In this document: one piece after another, positions 28,965 to 38,336 of the stretch
Layout of the letters: each line of letters begins with the position of its first letter
How positions within the stretch are numbered: position 1 is the first letter of the stretch
NCBI GenBank assembly: GCA_022750205.1
Contig: JAKIWD010000001.1
Span: forward strand, 1,222-65,221
Length of the DNA: 64,000 nt
Direction of reading: 5' to 3'
Source: Thermoplasmata archaeon
Lineage (GTDB): Archaea; Thermoplasmatota; Thermoplasmata; Lutacidiplasmatales; UBA184
Position numbers and translations under genes: made by a program
Notes under the pieces: generated by a model
Told to the model about the DNA's origin: nothing
The model's input: the letters and a program-made list of their open reading frames with translations, nothing else
The model's database searches: none

Positions 28965-30593
28965 CTACGCTGCTCCCGGCAGGGTGCGATTCAGGGTGCG
29001 ATCCGCCGTTGCCCAACCGCGGCGTGCCAGCCCCAATGCGATGAGCTGGTCCCGGAGATGATCGGCGGGTCCCGTTACCCCGGCGGTGATGTGGATCGGG
29101 ATGCCCGCGGTAATCGTTTGGCGGACCCCGGCGGAATCCAGTCCATCGCCGGCCCCGCGTGGTCCGACTTCGAGGCCGATATGGGCCTTCCCGGCCCACT
29201 TGATCCACGTCGTCAGGCCCTCGACCGTCGCCGCGGAGGCAGCCGTCGCCACGCCGAGGTGGCCGGCGAAGAGCGGTCGCGACGCGGACGTCGGGGCCCC
29301 CGTGGGAGGTCGCGAGACTCCCGTGAGGTTGGTGATCGTGTATTCCGCCGTGGCGGCGCCGACCGCGGCACCGAACGACGCCTCCTGCCCGAGGAGAACC
29401 CGCGGACCGGACGCCTTCACTTGACGCCAGTGCTCGATGCGGTCGAGGGCCGATTTGGCCAAAGTGCCCGGGGGGTGGGTGGTGACGAATCCCAGGAACG
29501 ACCAGCCGAGCTCGACGGCCTCCTGACGGAGCCGATCGACCTCCTCAGGTCCTGCGTCGGGGGAGAGGTGGACGTGCAGATCCCCGTGGAGCTCGTGGGG
29601 CTCCACCAGGGCGGGAAGCGTCCCCTTTTCCGCGAGCTCGATCTCGCCCAGGTTCTCCCGGATCTCCGGTGGGATGTAGCGCAGCCCGATCGCGCCGTAG
29701 ACCTCCTCTTCAGTGACACCCGCCACGCGCTCCTCGCCGCGCACGACCCCGTACTCGTTGATCTTGAGGCCCAGATCGCGCGCCCGCGTGCGGATCGCGA
29801 CGTTGTGCTCCTTGGAGCCGGTGAAGTACTGGAGGGCGGCACCGAAGCTCGCCGGTTCGACCACCCGCAGGTCCACCTGGAGACCGCCGCGCACGATCAC
29901 CGTCTCCTTCGTCGGCCCGCGCAAGCGGATCTCGACGACTCCGGGGAGCGCGCTGAACGCGTTGAAGACGGCCTCGGCGGACCCGGACGTCACGAGGATG
30001 TCGAGGTCGCCGACCGTCTCCCGCCGGCGTCGGAGGCTGCCGGCGACGACGATCTGCTCGACGGGGGCGTTCGCCCGCAGCGCTCGGACGAGATCCTCGG
30101 CGACCTGCCACGCGTCCTTGAGCGGGGTGCGAACCCCCGAGGGGGTGCCGGCGGCCACCGCTTGTTTCAGCTGGGCGATCTTCCGCTCCTTGAACCCGGC
30201 CGCCCCCTCGAGCTTCCCGGCATCGATCGCCGCGGCAAGCTCGGCCGGGCCCTGGATGCCGAACTCGGTGAGGAAGCGTCGCGCGGTCTTCGGTCCTACC
30301 CCCGGCAGACGCATCAGTTCGCGAACGCCCGCGGGAACCTCCTGGGAGAGTCGCTCGTAGTACGGGATGTGCCCGTCACGGAGGTACTCCCGGATCTTCT
30401 CGGCGATGGCGTCCCCCACACCGGGGATCGTGCGGAGCTCGCCCCGCGCGGACATCTGGCGCACGTCGTCGGGAAGCGAGTCGATGGACTGGGCTGCCCG
30501 TCGGTACGCCGCGGGCTTGAACCGCTCCCCCTGGAGATCGAGCAGGTCGGCGATCCCGCGCAGGATCTCCGCGAGCTCTGAATTCGTGCTCAT
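28965..30593 (-). CDS. polX: family X DNA polymerase with C-terminal PHP domain
   Basis: Trimmed to ATG 30593: MSTNSELAEILRGIADLLDLQGERFKPAAYRRAAQSI.., HhH motifs (IPGVGDAIAEKI, LPGVGPKTARRF), ..GDLDILV.. catalytic Asp pair, PHP ..GDLHVHLSPD.. The upstream 253 codons of the track ORF are Arg/Gly junk overlapping the next gene. Confidence 0.9.
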   Translation of the reverse strand: MSTNSELAEILRGIADLLDLQGERFKPAAYRRAAQSIDSLPDDVRQMSARGELRTIPGVGDAIAEKIREYLRDGHIPYYERLSQEVPAGVRELMRLPGVGPKTARRFLTEFGIQGPAELAAAIDAGKLEGAAGFKERKIAQLKQAVAAGTPSGVRTPLKDAWQVAEDLVRALRANAPVEQIVVAGSLRRRRETVGDLDILVTSGSAEAVFNAFSALPGVVEIRLRGPTKETVIVRGGLQVDLRVVEPASFGAALQYFTGSKEHNVAIRTRARDLGLKINEYGVVRGEERVAGVTEEEVYGAIGLRYIPPEIRENLGEIELAEKGTLPALVEPHELHGDLHVHLSPDAGPEEVDRLRQEAVELGWSFLGFVTTHPPGTLAKSALDRIEHWRQVKASGPRVLLGQEASFGAAVGAATAEYTITNLTGVSRPPTGAPTSASRPLFAGHLGVATAASAATVEGLTTWIKWAGKAHIGLEVGPRGAGDGLDSAGVRQTITAGIPIHITAGVTGPADHLRDQLIALGLARRGWATADRTLNRTLPGAA

Positions 30594-31363
30594 GGGGCGC
30601 GCTCCACTCCCGCGTCGATCCACAGACGTCGATCCAGGATCGTGTAGCCGAGCGCATCGTAGACCGAGCGTGCCGCCTGGTTGTCCTCCCGAACGTAGAG
30701 GGCGCAGCGGGCGCCCGCGGATTCGGCGGCGGCGGTCGCCACCGCCGTGAGGGCGCGGCCCAGCCCTTGACGACGATGGGTCGACGCCACGTAGATCCCG
30801 CCGAGGATCCAAATGTCCGGAAGGCGCACCTGCGCCCGCGCGACCCCGACGATGCGCTCTCCCTCGAACGCCGCCCACGCTATCTCGCCCGGCCCGGCGT
30901 CGTCGGAGGGGGGCCGCGTAGTGTACCCGCGCAAGAGCCAGTTCGCCTCCGCGTCCGCGAAGCGACGCACTGCCGGGTAGTCGTCGGCGCGTAACCGACG
31001 CACCCCCTCGCGGGGCTTCGCCTCCACGGCCCGGCGCCGGTCGTGCGCCATCAAGAGGACGCCGTAGCTCGTGGTTGGTCCTCGGGCCGCGGTCACGCGG
31101 GCGCGTAATTCTTCCGGGACGACCGCGATCAACGGGCGAGGCGGAAGCTGGTCGACGAGGTCCGTCGCGGCCGGGCTGCCCACCCAGTGAACGACGGGCT
31201 GTCCCGGCGTGCCCCGCCAGATGAGCAGGTAGGCGACCGGTATCCCCGCCTCCCGCAGGAGCCGGAACTCGACCTGCAGGGGCGCCTGCTGGAGGTCCCA
31301 GAGCGCGTAGGCGTGGTGGAAGGGATCGTGTCGCGCCTGCTCCTCGAGCCAACGACGATCCAT
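30590..31363 (-). CDS. GNAT family acetyltransferase
   Basis: C-terminal ..GGIYVASTHRRQGLGRALTAVATAAAES..LYVREDNQAARSVYDALGY.. (GNAT motif A/B). Start set to ATG 31363 (GTG candidates about 30 nt upstream). The stop overlaps the polX start (ATGA). Confidence 0.75.
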   Translation of the reverse strand: MDRRWLEEQARHDPFHHAYALWDLQQAPLQVEFRLLREAGIPVAYLLIWRGTPGQPVVHWVGSPAATDLVDQLPPRPLIAVVPEELRARVTAARGPTTSYGVLLMAHDRRRAVEAKPREGVRRLRADDYPAVRRFADAEANWLLRGYTTRPPSDDAGPGEIAWAAFEGERIVGVARAQVRLPDIWILGGIYVASTHRRQGLGRALTAVATAAAESAGARCALYVREDNQAARSVYDALGYTILDRRLWIDAGVERAP

Positions 31364-31473
31364 CGCGGCGTCAATGGAAAACACGGGACGCGACACGTCC
31401 AGGGTAAGGGCCTCCAAGGTACTTACCGCGTGTCTCCCGGCAACCGTTAATCCCGGCACGGGCGTGTCCGACC

Positions 31474-32352
31474 GTGACCGCCGCGCACCGCCCGACGGCA
31501 GAATTCGCCACCCACCTGCGGGCGCTCTACGCCGCCTTTCCCTTCGACCGGTCGCTCGCCCAGGACCCGCTCTCGTGCGTGCGACCGTACGCCGGTCGCC
31601 CGCGGGACGCCGAGATCGCCGGCATCGTGGCGGCGACGCTGGCGATCGGCAACACGACCTCGATCCGTCGCGCCTTCGGGGACGTCGAGCGGCGCACCGG
31701 CGGAGCGCTCGCCGATTGGGTGGCCGAGGCCGGGTCCCCGAGCGCCGCGAGCGCGATGGGCACCTTCCGGCATCGCTGGGTGCGAGGCGAGCAGTTGACG
31801 TACCTGGCCCGCACACTCCGCTCCGTCTACGCGAGCGCGGGCTCGCTCGAGGAGCGGTTCCTGGATGGGTACCGGGTGGGAGGCTTCGCCCACGGCCTGG
31901 ATGCCCTTTCCCGCGCACTGCGGGAGGGTCCCGGGAATGCCCGGGCGCCCCGGGGGTACACGCGTTTGTTCCCGTCGCCCCTCGAGGCGTCGCACAGCCC
32001 GTGCAAGCGCATGACCCTCTACCTGCGATGGATGGTTCGTCCCGCATTTCCGGACCTGGGACTCTGGTCGCGGGTGCCCACGGGGGATCTTCGGGTACCG
32101 TTGGACCAGCACGTCTACTGGATCGCGTACCACCTGGGTCTGACCCACCGCAAGACCCGCAGTTGGGCCACCGTCGAGGAAGTGACCGAGTCGTTGCGTC
32201 GGTTCGAGCCGATCGACCCGGTCAAGTTCGACTTCGTGCTGTGCCACACCGGGATCTCGGGCGATTGCCCGAAACGGCGAGACATGGCCGTCTGCGGCCC
32301 CTGCGTGGTCCGTCCGGATTGCCTGCTCTGGCGAAGGGGGCGGGCGGCCTGA
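31474..32352 (+). CDS. TIGR02757 (DUF2400) family protein
   Basis: 292 aa: ..CKRMTLYLRWMVRP.., ..VPLDQHVYWIAYHLGL.., ..DPVKFDFVLCHTGISG.. are the characteristic blocks of this family. Confidence 0.8.
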   Translation: MTAAHRPTAEFATHLRALYAAFPFDRSLAQDPLSCVRPYAGRPRDAEIAGIVAATLAIGNTTSIRRAFGDVERRTGGALADWVAEAGSPSAASAMGTFRHRWVRGEQLTYLARTLRSVYASAGSLEERFLDGYRVGGFAHGLDALSRALREGPGNARAPRGYTRLFPSPLEASHSPCKRMTLYLRWMVRPAFPDLGLWSRVPTGDLRVPLDQHVYWIAYHLGLTHRKTRSWATVEEVTESLRRFEPIDPVKFDFVLCHTGISGDCPKRRDMAVCGPCVVRPDCLLWRRGRAA

Positions 32353-32381
32353 CGGAGCCGGCACTCCGCGTCGACCCGGGG

Positions 32382-32750
32382 TTGTTGACCCGGTTTCGGG
32401 CGGCCGGACCGAAGATCACCTGGCGGGACGCGCCGACACACCCGACGGGCAAGGCGGGGAAGTCGCTCCGTGTCCGCATCGCCCACCTGAACGACGAAGA
32501 AGCCCGCATCGAGGAGTCTGGTGGGGGACGGGCGGCCGTCTGGACCGTGGAATCCGGACCGGTCGGAGCGCTCGTCCTCCTGCTCGAGATCGACCGGCGC
32601 GGTCTTCCCCGCTCCCTTACGAGTCTGGACGCCTCGGTCCGAGGCGACTTTCCCCACGGGGCGATCCGGGCCCAGTGGGGCGGGTCGGCGGGCCCGACGA
32701 GCCTCTTGCTCGCGGACCTCGTGGGCCTGGCCCGCTACGCACTGGCGTGA
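32382..32750 (+). CDS. hypothetical protein hidden in a longer out-of-frame track ORF; its 3' end overlaps the antisense tail of the Kelch/PKD gene
   Basis: Frame of track ORF 31374-32750 downstream of the TIGR02757 stop: third-position GC about 85% (89% within 32617-32750), against 59% for the opposing Kelch frame there. Plausible composition (..KITWRDAPTHPTGKAGKSLRVRIAHLNDEEARIEE..). First in-frame start is TTG 32382. Confidence 0.4.
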   Translation: MLTRFRAAGPKITWRDAPTHPTGKAGKSLRVRIAHLNDEEARIEESGGGRAAVWTVESGPVGALVLLLEIDRRGLPRSLTSLDASVRGDFPHGAIRAQWGGSAGPTSLLLADLVGLARYALA

Positions 32751-35289
32751 GACCCTGGACGCGGGCGCTGGGCGGCCCGCCGGGTGGCCGCGGCGAAAGC
32801 CGCCGGTGGAACATCCAAACGATCCCGGCACCGGCGATCAGCCCGAAGGTCCCGGCGAGCAGCAGCGGCGCGATCGCCGTCCCCACGGCCGTGAGCACCG
32901 AGGGGGGCGGCGACGCCGTGGCCGCGGGTACGTGCACGGTCAGGTTGAGGGATTGCACGGCGATGTCGCCGCGCGCGTCGAGCACCTGCACGTGCGCCAG
33001 GTACGTTCCGGTGGCGCTGAACACGTGTACGGGGTCGGCAACGTCCGCCCCCTCCCCGTCACCGAACTGCCAGAGAAAACGGTCCGGCGGGACGCCGCCG
33101 CTCGCGTTGCAGGTGAACAGAACCGAAGCGCCGGTCGCGCTCACGGACTCCGTGTACCCGACCTGGATCGAGAGCCCGGGAACGACCGAGATCGGTAGTT
33201 CGGCGTTGCCGGTGGGGCCGCCGGGGGCGGCGACCACCACGCTCGCGCGATAGTCGCCGGGAGCATCGTAGACTGCGGACGGCGCGGAGGAGGTCGATGT
33301 CGCGCCGTTCCCGAACTCCCAGTAGGAGTGGTAGCCGCCACCGCCGCCGGCGACGCCCGCATGGAATTGGACCAGCAGGGGGGCGTCGCCCGTCGTCTGG
33401 TTCGCGGCGATGCTAACGTTCAATGCCGGGAGAGGCGGCGGGGAGAGCGCCGTCACGATGAACGACTGATTCCGCGAGTAACCCCAGGAGTCGTTCGCCC
33501 ACGCTTCGAGGTCGTACACGCCGGGCAGGGGGAAGGTGATCGATCCGTTCGCGCCTTCGACGGCCGGTCCGGCGCTGGACGCCCAGTGGAACGTGTAGGG
33601 CGGCTCACCGACCGCCGCGATGACGGTCGTATGCACCACGAATGGCGCAATACCGAGCAGCGGCGTGGCGGTCGCTCCTTCCTCGATCGGGGCACGCTCG
33701 ATGAGATCGAACGAATACGAGCCTTGGACGCCATAGACATCGGTACCGGTGAGTTGGATCGGATACACGCCGGGGCTGGGGTAGGATCGGTTCACGATGG
33801 GCCCGGTCGCGGACCCGCCATCCCCGAGCGACCAGTGATAGCTGAGCGGGGCTTGTCCCCCGATTTCGCCCCCCACGAGCGACACGTTGAGGGGGCCTTC
33901 CCCATACGGGGGGGTCGCGGTGGCCGTGACGCGCAGCGTGTAGTACTCCCAGCTGTCGTTGAACCAGCCGACACCGGGTCCGCCATATCCGCCGAGCATC
34001 AGCACGTCTTGCCCCGCCGGGTCGGGCGCCATTTGCCCGAAGACCCGAGCGCTCGGCTGGGGGGAGGTCGCCGTTGAATTCCACTGCCCGCCTGAGAAGG
34101 TCCACGCGGCGCCGGGCGCCAAGCTGGAGGTCCGGTTCCCCCCGAATAGGAGAAACGATCCCAAGGCGGGGTCATACGTGTAGGACGCTTGGGTCCGAGC
34201 CGGCGGCGATTCCGCGGGATTGAGCTGAGCCCACTGTCCGCGGGCGTAGGTCCAGGTGTCGCCTAGCACCGTTCCGCTGGCATTCAGACCCCCGAACAGG
34301 ACGATCTCGCGATCGGCGAGGTCGCCGACCATCGCCCCGCCCCAGCGGGCGGGGGGGGCGAAGGTGCCCGTGACGTTGACCCAGCTCCAGTTCGTGAACG
34401 CCCAGGTGTCGGCGAGTGACGCACTCCCGTTGTTCCCCCCGAACAGGACGAGTTCATTGTCGGTCGGGTCCCAGGCTAAGGAAGCCCCATACCGGGGGGC
34501 CGGAGCGTGCGTCGGGGTGAGCTCAGCCCACCGTCCGCCGGAGAACGACCACGTATCGTTCAGCGCGAGCGCTGGGGGGCCCGGACTTTCACCACCGAAC
34601 AGGATGTCGGTCCCCGTGGCCGGGTCCCAGGCGAACGACGGAAAAGCCCTCGCAACCAGGGCGCTCGACCCGCCGGCCCCGCTCCACGTGCCATTGGAGT
34701 AGGTCTCGGTCAGGTAGCCCCCGTACGGATTGGTACCTAGGAAGTCGACGTCGTATCCGGACGTCGGGTCGTAGACCAATCCCCCATCGACCGCGGGGGG
34801 GAACCGGCCGAGGACGGACGGGGTGATGTTGACCCAGCCTGACCCGTTGCGGGCGGCGCCGGGACCAAGCGCCCCGCTGCTGGGGCAGACGACTCCGGAT
34901 TCGGGTCCGAGGTCGCAACCTGCGGCCCGGAGCGAGCTGGGCAGGAAGGTGTGAATCGGGGGCGGGGCCGCTGGGCTCCTCTCCGGTTCCGGGGAGGGGT
35001 CGACCGGTCCACCGCGCGCAGCCCGTGCCTCACGGGTGGGAGCGTGGACGGCGAGAGGCGCGAGGGGAAGGAGCACCGGGCCCGGAACCAGCAGCAGGGC
35101 GACGACGGCGGAGGCGGACCAACTCCAGCGAGCGCGTGGTCTTCGGCTTCCCCATCGAAGAGGTGAACCAGCCGGGGTGCGGCGGGACCCATCGATCGAT
35201 GCGGTCGACGGGCACGGGCGGCCATCGTCCGGCCCCGCCGCGCAGTTACGCCAACCGACGGTCCCCGGTGCCCGCATCTTCCGGTACAT
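32617..35289 (-). CDS. surface protein: signal/anchor, Kelch-type beta-propeller, about 4-5 PKD domains, C-terminal TM
   Basis: Kelch-like repeats (..LVLFGGNNGS..DTWAF.., ..IVLFGGLNAS..DTWTY..), PKD signatures (HWSLGDGGSATG, YWEFGNGATS, FLWQFGDGEGAD), TM ..APLLLAGTFGLIAGAGIVWMF. The start (35289/35277) and the 65-aa Pro/Arg tail after the TM are uncertain. Confidence 0.8.
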   Translation of the reverse strand: MYRKMRAPGTVGWRNCAAGPDDGRPCPSTASIDGSRRTPAGSPLRWGSRRPRARWSWSASAVVALLLVPGPVLLPLAPLAVHAPTREARAARGGPVDPSPEPERSPAAPPPIHTFLPSSLRAAGCDLGPESGVVCPSSGALGPGAARNGSGWVNITPSVLGRFPPAVDGGLVYDPTSGYDVDFLGTNPYGGYLTETYSNGTWSGAGGSSALVARAFPSFAWDPATGTDILFGGESPGPPALALNDTWSFSGGRWAELTPTHAPAPRYGASLAWDPTDNELVLFGGNNGSASLADTWAFTNWSWVNVTGTFAPPARWGGAMVGDLADREIVLFGGLNASGTVLGDTWTYARGQWAQLNPAESPPARTQASYTYDPALGSFLLFGGNRTSSLAPGAAWTFSGGQWNSTATSPQPSARVFGQMAPDPAGQDVLMLGGYGGPGVGWFNDSWEYYTLRVTATATPPYGEGPLNVSLVGGEIGGQAPLSYHWSLGDGGSATGPIVNRSYPSPGVYPIQLTGTDVYGVQGSYSFDLIERAPIEEGATATPLLGIAPFVVHTTVIAAVGEPPYTFHWASSAGPAVEGANGSITFPLPGVYDLEAWANDSWGYSRNQSFIVTALSPPPLPALNVSIAANQTTGDAPLLVQFHAGVAGGGGGYHSYWEFGNGATSTSSAPSAVYDAPGDYRASVVVAAPGGPTGNAELPISVVPGLSIQVGYTESVSATGASVLFTCNASGGVPPDRFLWQFGDGEGADVADPVHVFSATGTYLAHVQVLDARGDIAVQSLNLTVHVPAATASPPPSVLTAVGTAIAPLLLAGTFGLIAGAGIVWMFHRRLSPRPPGGPPSARVQGLTPVRSGPGPRGPRARGSSGPPTRPTGPGSPRGESRLGPRRPDS

Positions 35290-35478
35290 TCCCCCTAGGA
35301 ATTCCCTGCCGGAAGCGACGGGTCACCGGCCGATTCCGGCGGGCATCGCCTGCCAGGGAAAATCACCATGGAACTCGCCCCCTGCGAACTTCGCTCGCCT
35401 TCAGGGCGAGCGAACGGAGGTCACTGGTCCGGCATTCCCTCCGACCGTGCGAGGTAGGGCTGGATCTGGAGTTCGGAG

Positions 35479-37896
35479 TCATGGCTTGCGGTGGATCGAC
35501 TCGGGGGAGCGGTCGGACGGGAGGTCCCGTCGGAGCCGCTTGCCAACTGCGACTCGCTGACTCCGGACGAGCAACGCGATGACGGCGCCGATCAACACCC
35601 CGGCGGCGGCCGCCGTCAGCAGGGGAGCGGCGAGTGCCGCTAGGCTCGACGCGGCCGCTCCGGACGGTCCGGGGGCAGCGAGTGGGGCCCACGGTCCCAC
35701 CGTCACGTTCAGCTCGTCGGAAACGTAGCGTCCGGCATGGTCGATCACCCCGACGGCGACCGAGAAAATCCCCGGTGTGGTGAAGTTGTGGGTCGGATCC
35801 GGGACCGTCGCGCTCCCCCCGTCTCCCCAGCTCCAGAAGTAAGAGTATGGGGGGGATCCCCCGGAGGCGAACGCAAATCCCTGCACGATCTCTGAGGCGC
35901 TAAGCGGCGTGGCAGTGTAGTTCGCCGAGAGGGCCAACGGGCTTCCAACCAGGATCAGCTCCTGGGCGTCGGCGGTAGCGCCGGTCGAGTCGGTGACTTG
36001 GAGCGTGACCCGTTGGCTGCCCGGCCGAGGAAAGATCATAGTCGGGTCCCAGCTCTCCGAGGTGCCAGCGATTCCGAACTGCCACGCGAACGAATACGGA
36101 GCCGTACCGCCCAACACCGACACGCCGAATCCGACCGGGAGCGGAGCGATCCCGGCGGAGGTGTTGGAAAAGACGGTGACGGTGAGGGGCACCGTGATCG
36201 ACCGCGCGTACACGGAGGCCCCGAAGCTCTCATTCGTCCGGTACCCCCCTGAGTCCTCGACCTGCGCGACCAGGCGGTATTCTCCCACCGCCGAGATCGT
36301 CAGATGTCCGCCGGAGGTCGACAACGACACGCCGGCCGAGGAGTTCCACGAAATGCGGTACGGGGGGCTGCCACCTCGCGCCACGGCTGACAGCGTGATC
36401 GTCAGCGGGCTGGTCCCGGCAAGCGGGAAGGCGCCGGCCAACAGCTGCAGGGTCGGAGCGACGGTGATCGCGCCGGAGTAGGCGGCGGTCACCTGCTCGA
36501 CATCGATCGCCGTCACGGTCAGCGTGTAGTTCCCCGCCTGCGCGTAGGCGTGGACCACGATCTCGCCCGTTGCATTGAGGCCGTCCCCGAACGACCACGC
36601 ATAGGCGATCGGTGCGTGCCCCGCGGCCGCGGTCGCTGAGAACGCGATGGGGGTTCCGGCCTCGATCAATGGGGGGATCTGTTCAACGGAGACGTTCACG
36701 GTGTAGTAATCCCAAGTGACGTACGCGGGGTACTCCGTCGCCGGATTGAGCACCGCCCCGTAGAGCAGCAGTCCGGTTCCCGCCGGGTCCTGCGCCCAGC
36801 AGCCCCACCTCAGCGACGCCGGCGGCGAGGTGTCGGGGAGCGGGGTCCAAGTGCCGTACGCAAATGCCCAAAGATCGTTCATCGCGCTAGTGGCGAAACC
36901 GCCGAACAGCAGCAGGTCGCCAAGTGCCGGGTCCTCGGAGATCGCGGCGCCGGACCGGGGGGTCGGGCTGCGCGACGAGTTGAGGTGCGTCCAGTTCCCC
37001 GCCCGGAACACCCACGTGTCGTTCAGGTAGGTGGTCACCTCATTCTTGAGCTGCGCACCGCCGAAGAGCAGGCCCTCATTCTCCGAGCCGTCCCACCCCA
37101 TATTGGCCAACCACCGCGCGGAGGGGGCGACCGGTTCGGCCAGTTCGTGCCAGTCGCCCCCGCGGAACGTCCACGTAGCGTTGGAGGTGCCGGAGGGGGT
37201 CGACCCGCCGAACAGGACCAGGTACCCGTCGACCGGGTCCCAGAACATCGAGCTCTGCGCGGTGGCCGGAGGGCTCGTGGCCGGAGCGAGCAGCGTCCAG
37301 GTGTGGTTGTCGAACACCCAGGTCTGCGAGCTCGAGCCCGACTCCGCGGTGTATCCCCCAAAGAGGACGACGTAGCCGTCTAGCGGGTCCCACGCCAGCT
37401 GCATCAGGTAGAGCGGGGGTGGCGACCCGGTCGGGTCGAGCTGCGTCCACGTGCCGTTCGTGAACAGCCAGGTCTGGTTGCCGGCGTAGTCGTACCCGTA
37501 GGGGACCGCCCCGAACAGCAGGTCGCCGCCCACGGCGGGGTCGTAGCAGAGGAAGTTACCGCCGTCGTTCGGGAGGACCGGGCCGGCGCCAACGTGCCCG
37601 GTGAGGTTCTCCCAGCCCGAGCCCGGCGTTTCTCCCAGCGCCAGAGGGCGGCTCGCCGGTGAGCATCGCGCCGACGCCGTTCCATCGAGCGGGCACGATC
37701 GGTTCCCCGCGGGAGTGGTGATCATCGCGCCGGTTGAACTGGTCGGAGTCTCCCCAGGAAGGGTCGTGCCGGTGGCCGGATGAACCTCCGCGATAGACCG
37801 GTGGGTGAGGGCGGCGCCAGGGATCGAGGAGTGAGATTGGGATTCGAGGCTCGACGGAGCCACGTTCAGGAGCAGCAGGAGGGAGACCAGGCTCAC
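35479..37896 (-). CDS. surface protein: Kelch-type beta-propeller, about 4 PKD domains, C-terminal TM (paralogue of 32617-35289)
   Basis: Kelch repeats (..VVLFGGYTAE..QTWVF.., ..LVLFGGSTPS..ATWTF..), PKD (YAWSFGDGLNATG, YFWSWGDGGSATV), TM ..LLTAAAAGVLIGAVIALLV. The ORF is open to 38244, but codon-phase GC signal (85/50/70) stops near 37920. GTG 37896 (MSLVSLLLLLNVAPSS) is the only canonical start there. Confidence 0.75.
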   Translation of the reverse strand: MSLVSLLLLLNVAPSSLESQSHSSIPGAALTHRSIAEVHPATGTTLPGETPTSSTGAMITTPAGNRSCPLDGTASARCSPASRPLALGETPGSGWENLTGHVGAGPVLPNDGGNFLCYDPAVGGDLLFGAVPYGYDYAGNQTWLFTNGTWTQLDPTGSPPPLYLMQLAWDPLDGYVVLFGGYTAESGSSSQTWVFDNHTWTLLAPATSPPATAQSSMFWDPVDGYLVLFGGSTPSGTSNATWTFRGGDWHELAEPVAPSARWLANMGWDGSENEGLLFGGAQLKNEVTTYLNDTWVFRAGNWTHLNSSRSPTPRSGAAISEDPALGDLLLFGGFATSAMNDLWAFAYGTWTPLPDTSPPASLRWGCWAQDPAGTGLLLYGAVLNPATEYPAYVTWDYYTVNVSVEQIPPLIEAGTPIAFSATAAAGHAPIAYAWSFGDGLNATGEIVVHAYAQAGNYTLTVTAIDVEQVTAAYSGAITVAPTLQLLAGAFPLAGTSPLTITLSAVARGGSPPYRISWNSSAGVSLSTSGGHLTISAVGEYRLVAQVEDSGGYRTNESFGASVYARSITVPLTVTVFSNTSAGIAPLPVGFGVSVLGGTAPYSFAWQFGIAGTSESWDPTMIFPRPGSQRVTLQVTDSTGATADAQELILVGSPLALSANYTATPLSASEIVQGFAFASGGSPPYSYFWSWGDGGSATVPDPTHNFTTPGIFSVAVGVIDHAGRYVSDELNVTVGPWAPLAAPGPSGAAASSLAALAAPLLTAAAAGVLIGAVIALLVRSQRVAVGKRLRRDLPSDRSPESIHRKP

Positions 37897-38336
37897 GATG
37901 CCGACGCGGAGTACGGTCCGACCCAGCGAATCGTGCAGGGTGACCCGATGAACGGAGACTGGAGTAGAGGCGCGTCGGGGCTCCGGGAACTCGCCGTCGG
38001 TCGGAGTCGCACCCGGGGAGGAGCCCGAACGCAGCCCCTTTCGAGAAAATCTCGAGGCATCCGCCCGAGGCGGGCCCCCTCGCCCCCACGGAGCCGTCGT
38101 GCGGGTGGCCCCATGGGGCCCCTTCGGAAGGGGGACGACGTGCTGCACGGATTCCCGAGGCCCGCGCCGGCGCGGGAGCGGGATAGTACGCGCGGACCCA
38201 TATCGGCTTGGAGCCGGTCGCACCCGGGAGGTGGAGGCGCCCACGGGCGCACGGAGAGCAGCGCCGGGTGCCTTCCGCTCGGGCCGCTCTCACCCGAGGT
38301 CGGCGGCCGTCGACTCGCGGGTCGGTCCGACCGGGC

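Noticed and set aside
30594-31352. N-terminal 253 codons of the 795-aa PolX track ORF
   Set aside because: Arg/Gly/Pro junk overlapping the GNAT gene. PolX homology begins exactly at MSTNSELAEIL (ATG 30593).
35392-35412. 8-bp hairpin (CGCTCGCC/GGCGAGCG) downstream of the second Kelch gene as an intrinsic terminator
   Set aside because: No adjacent oligo-T tract; the nearest T4 is about 30 nt away. GC-rich 8-bp stems are expected by chance in this DNA. Not reported as a feature.
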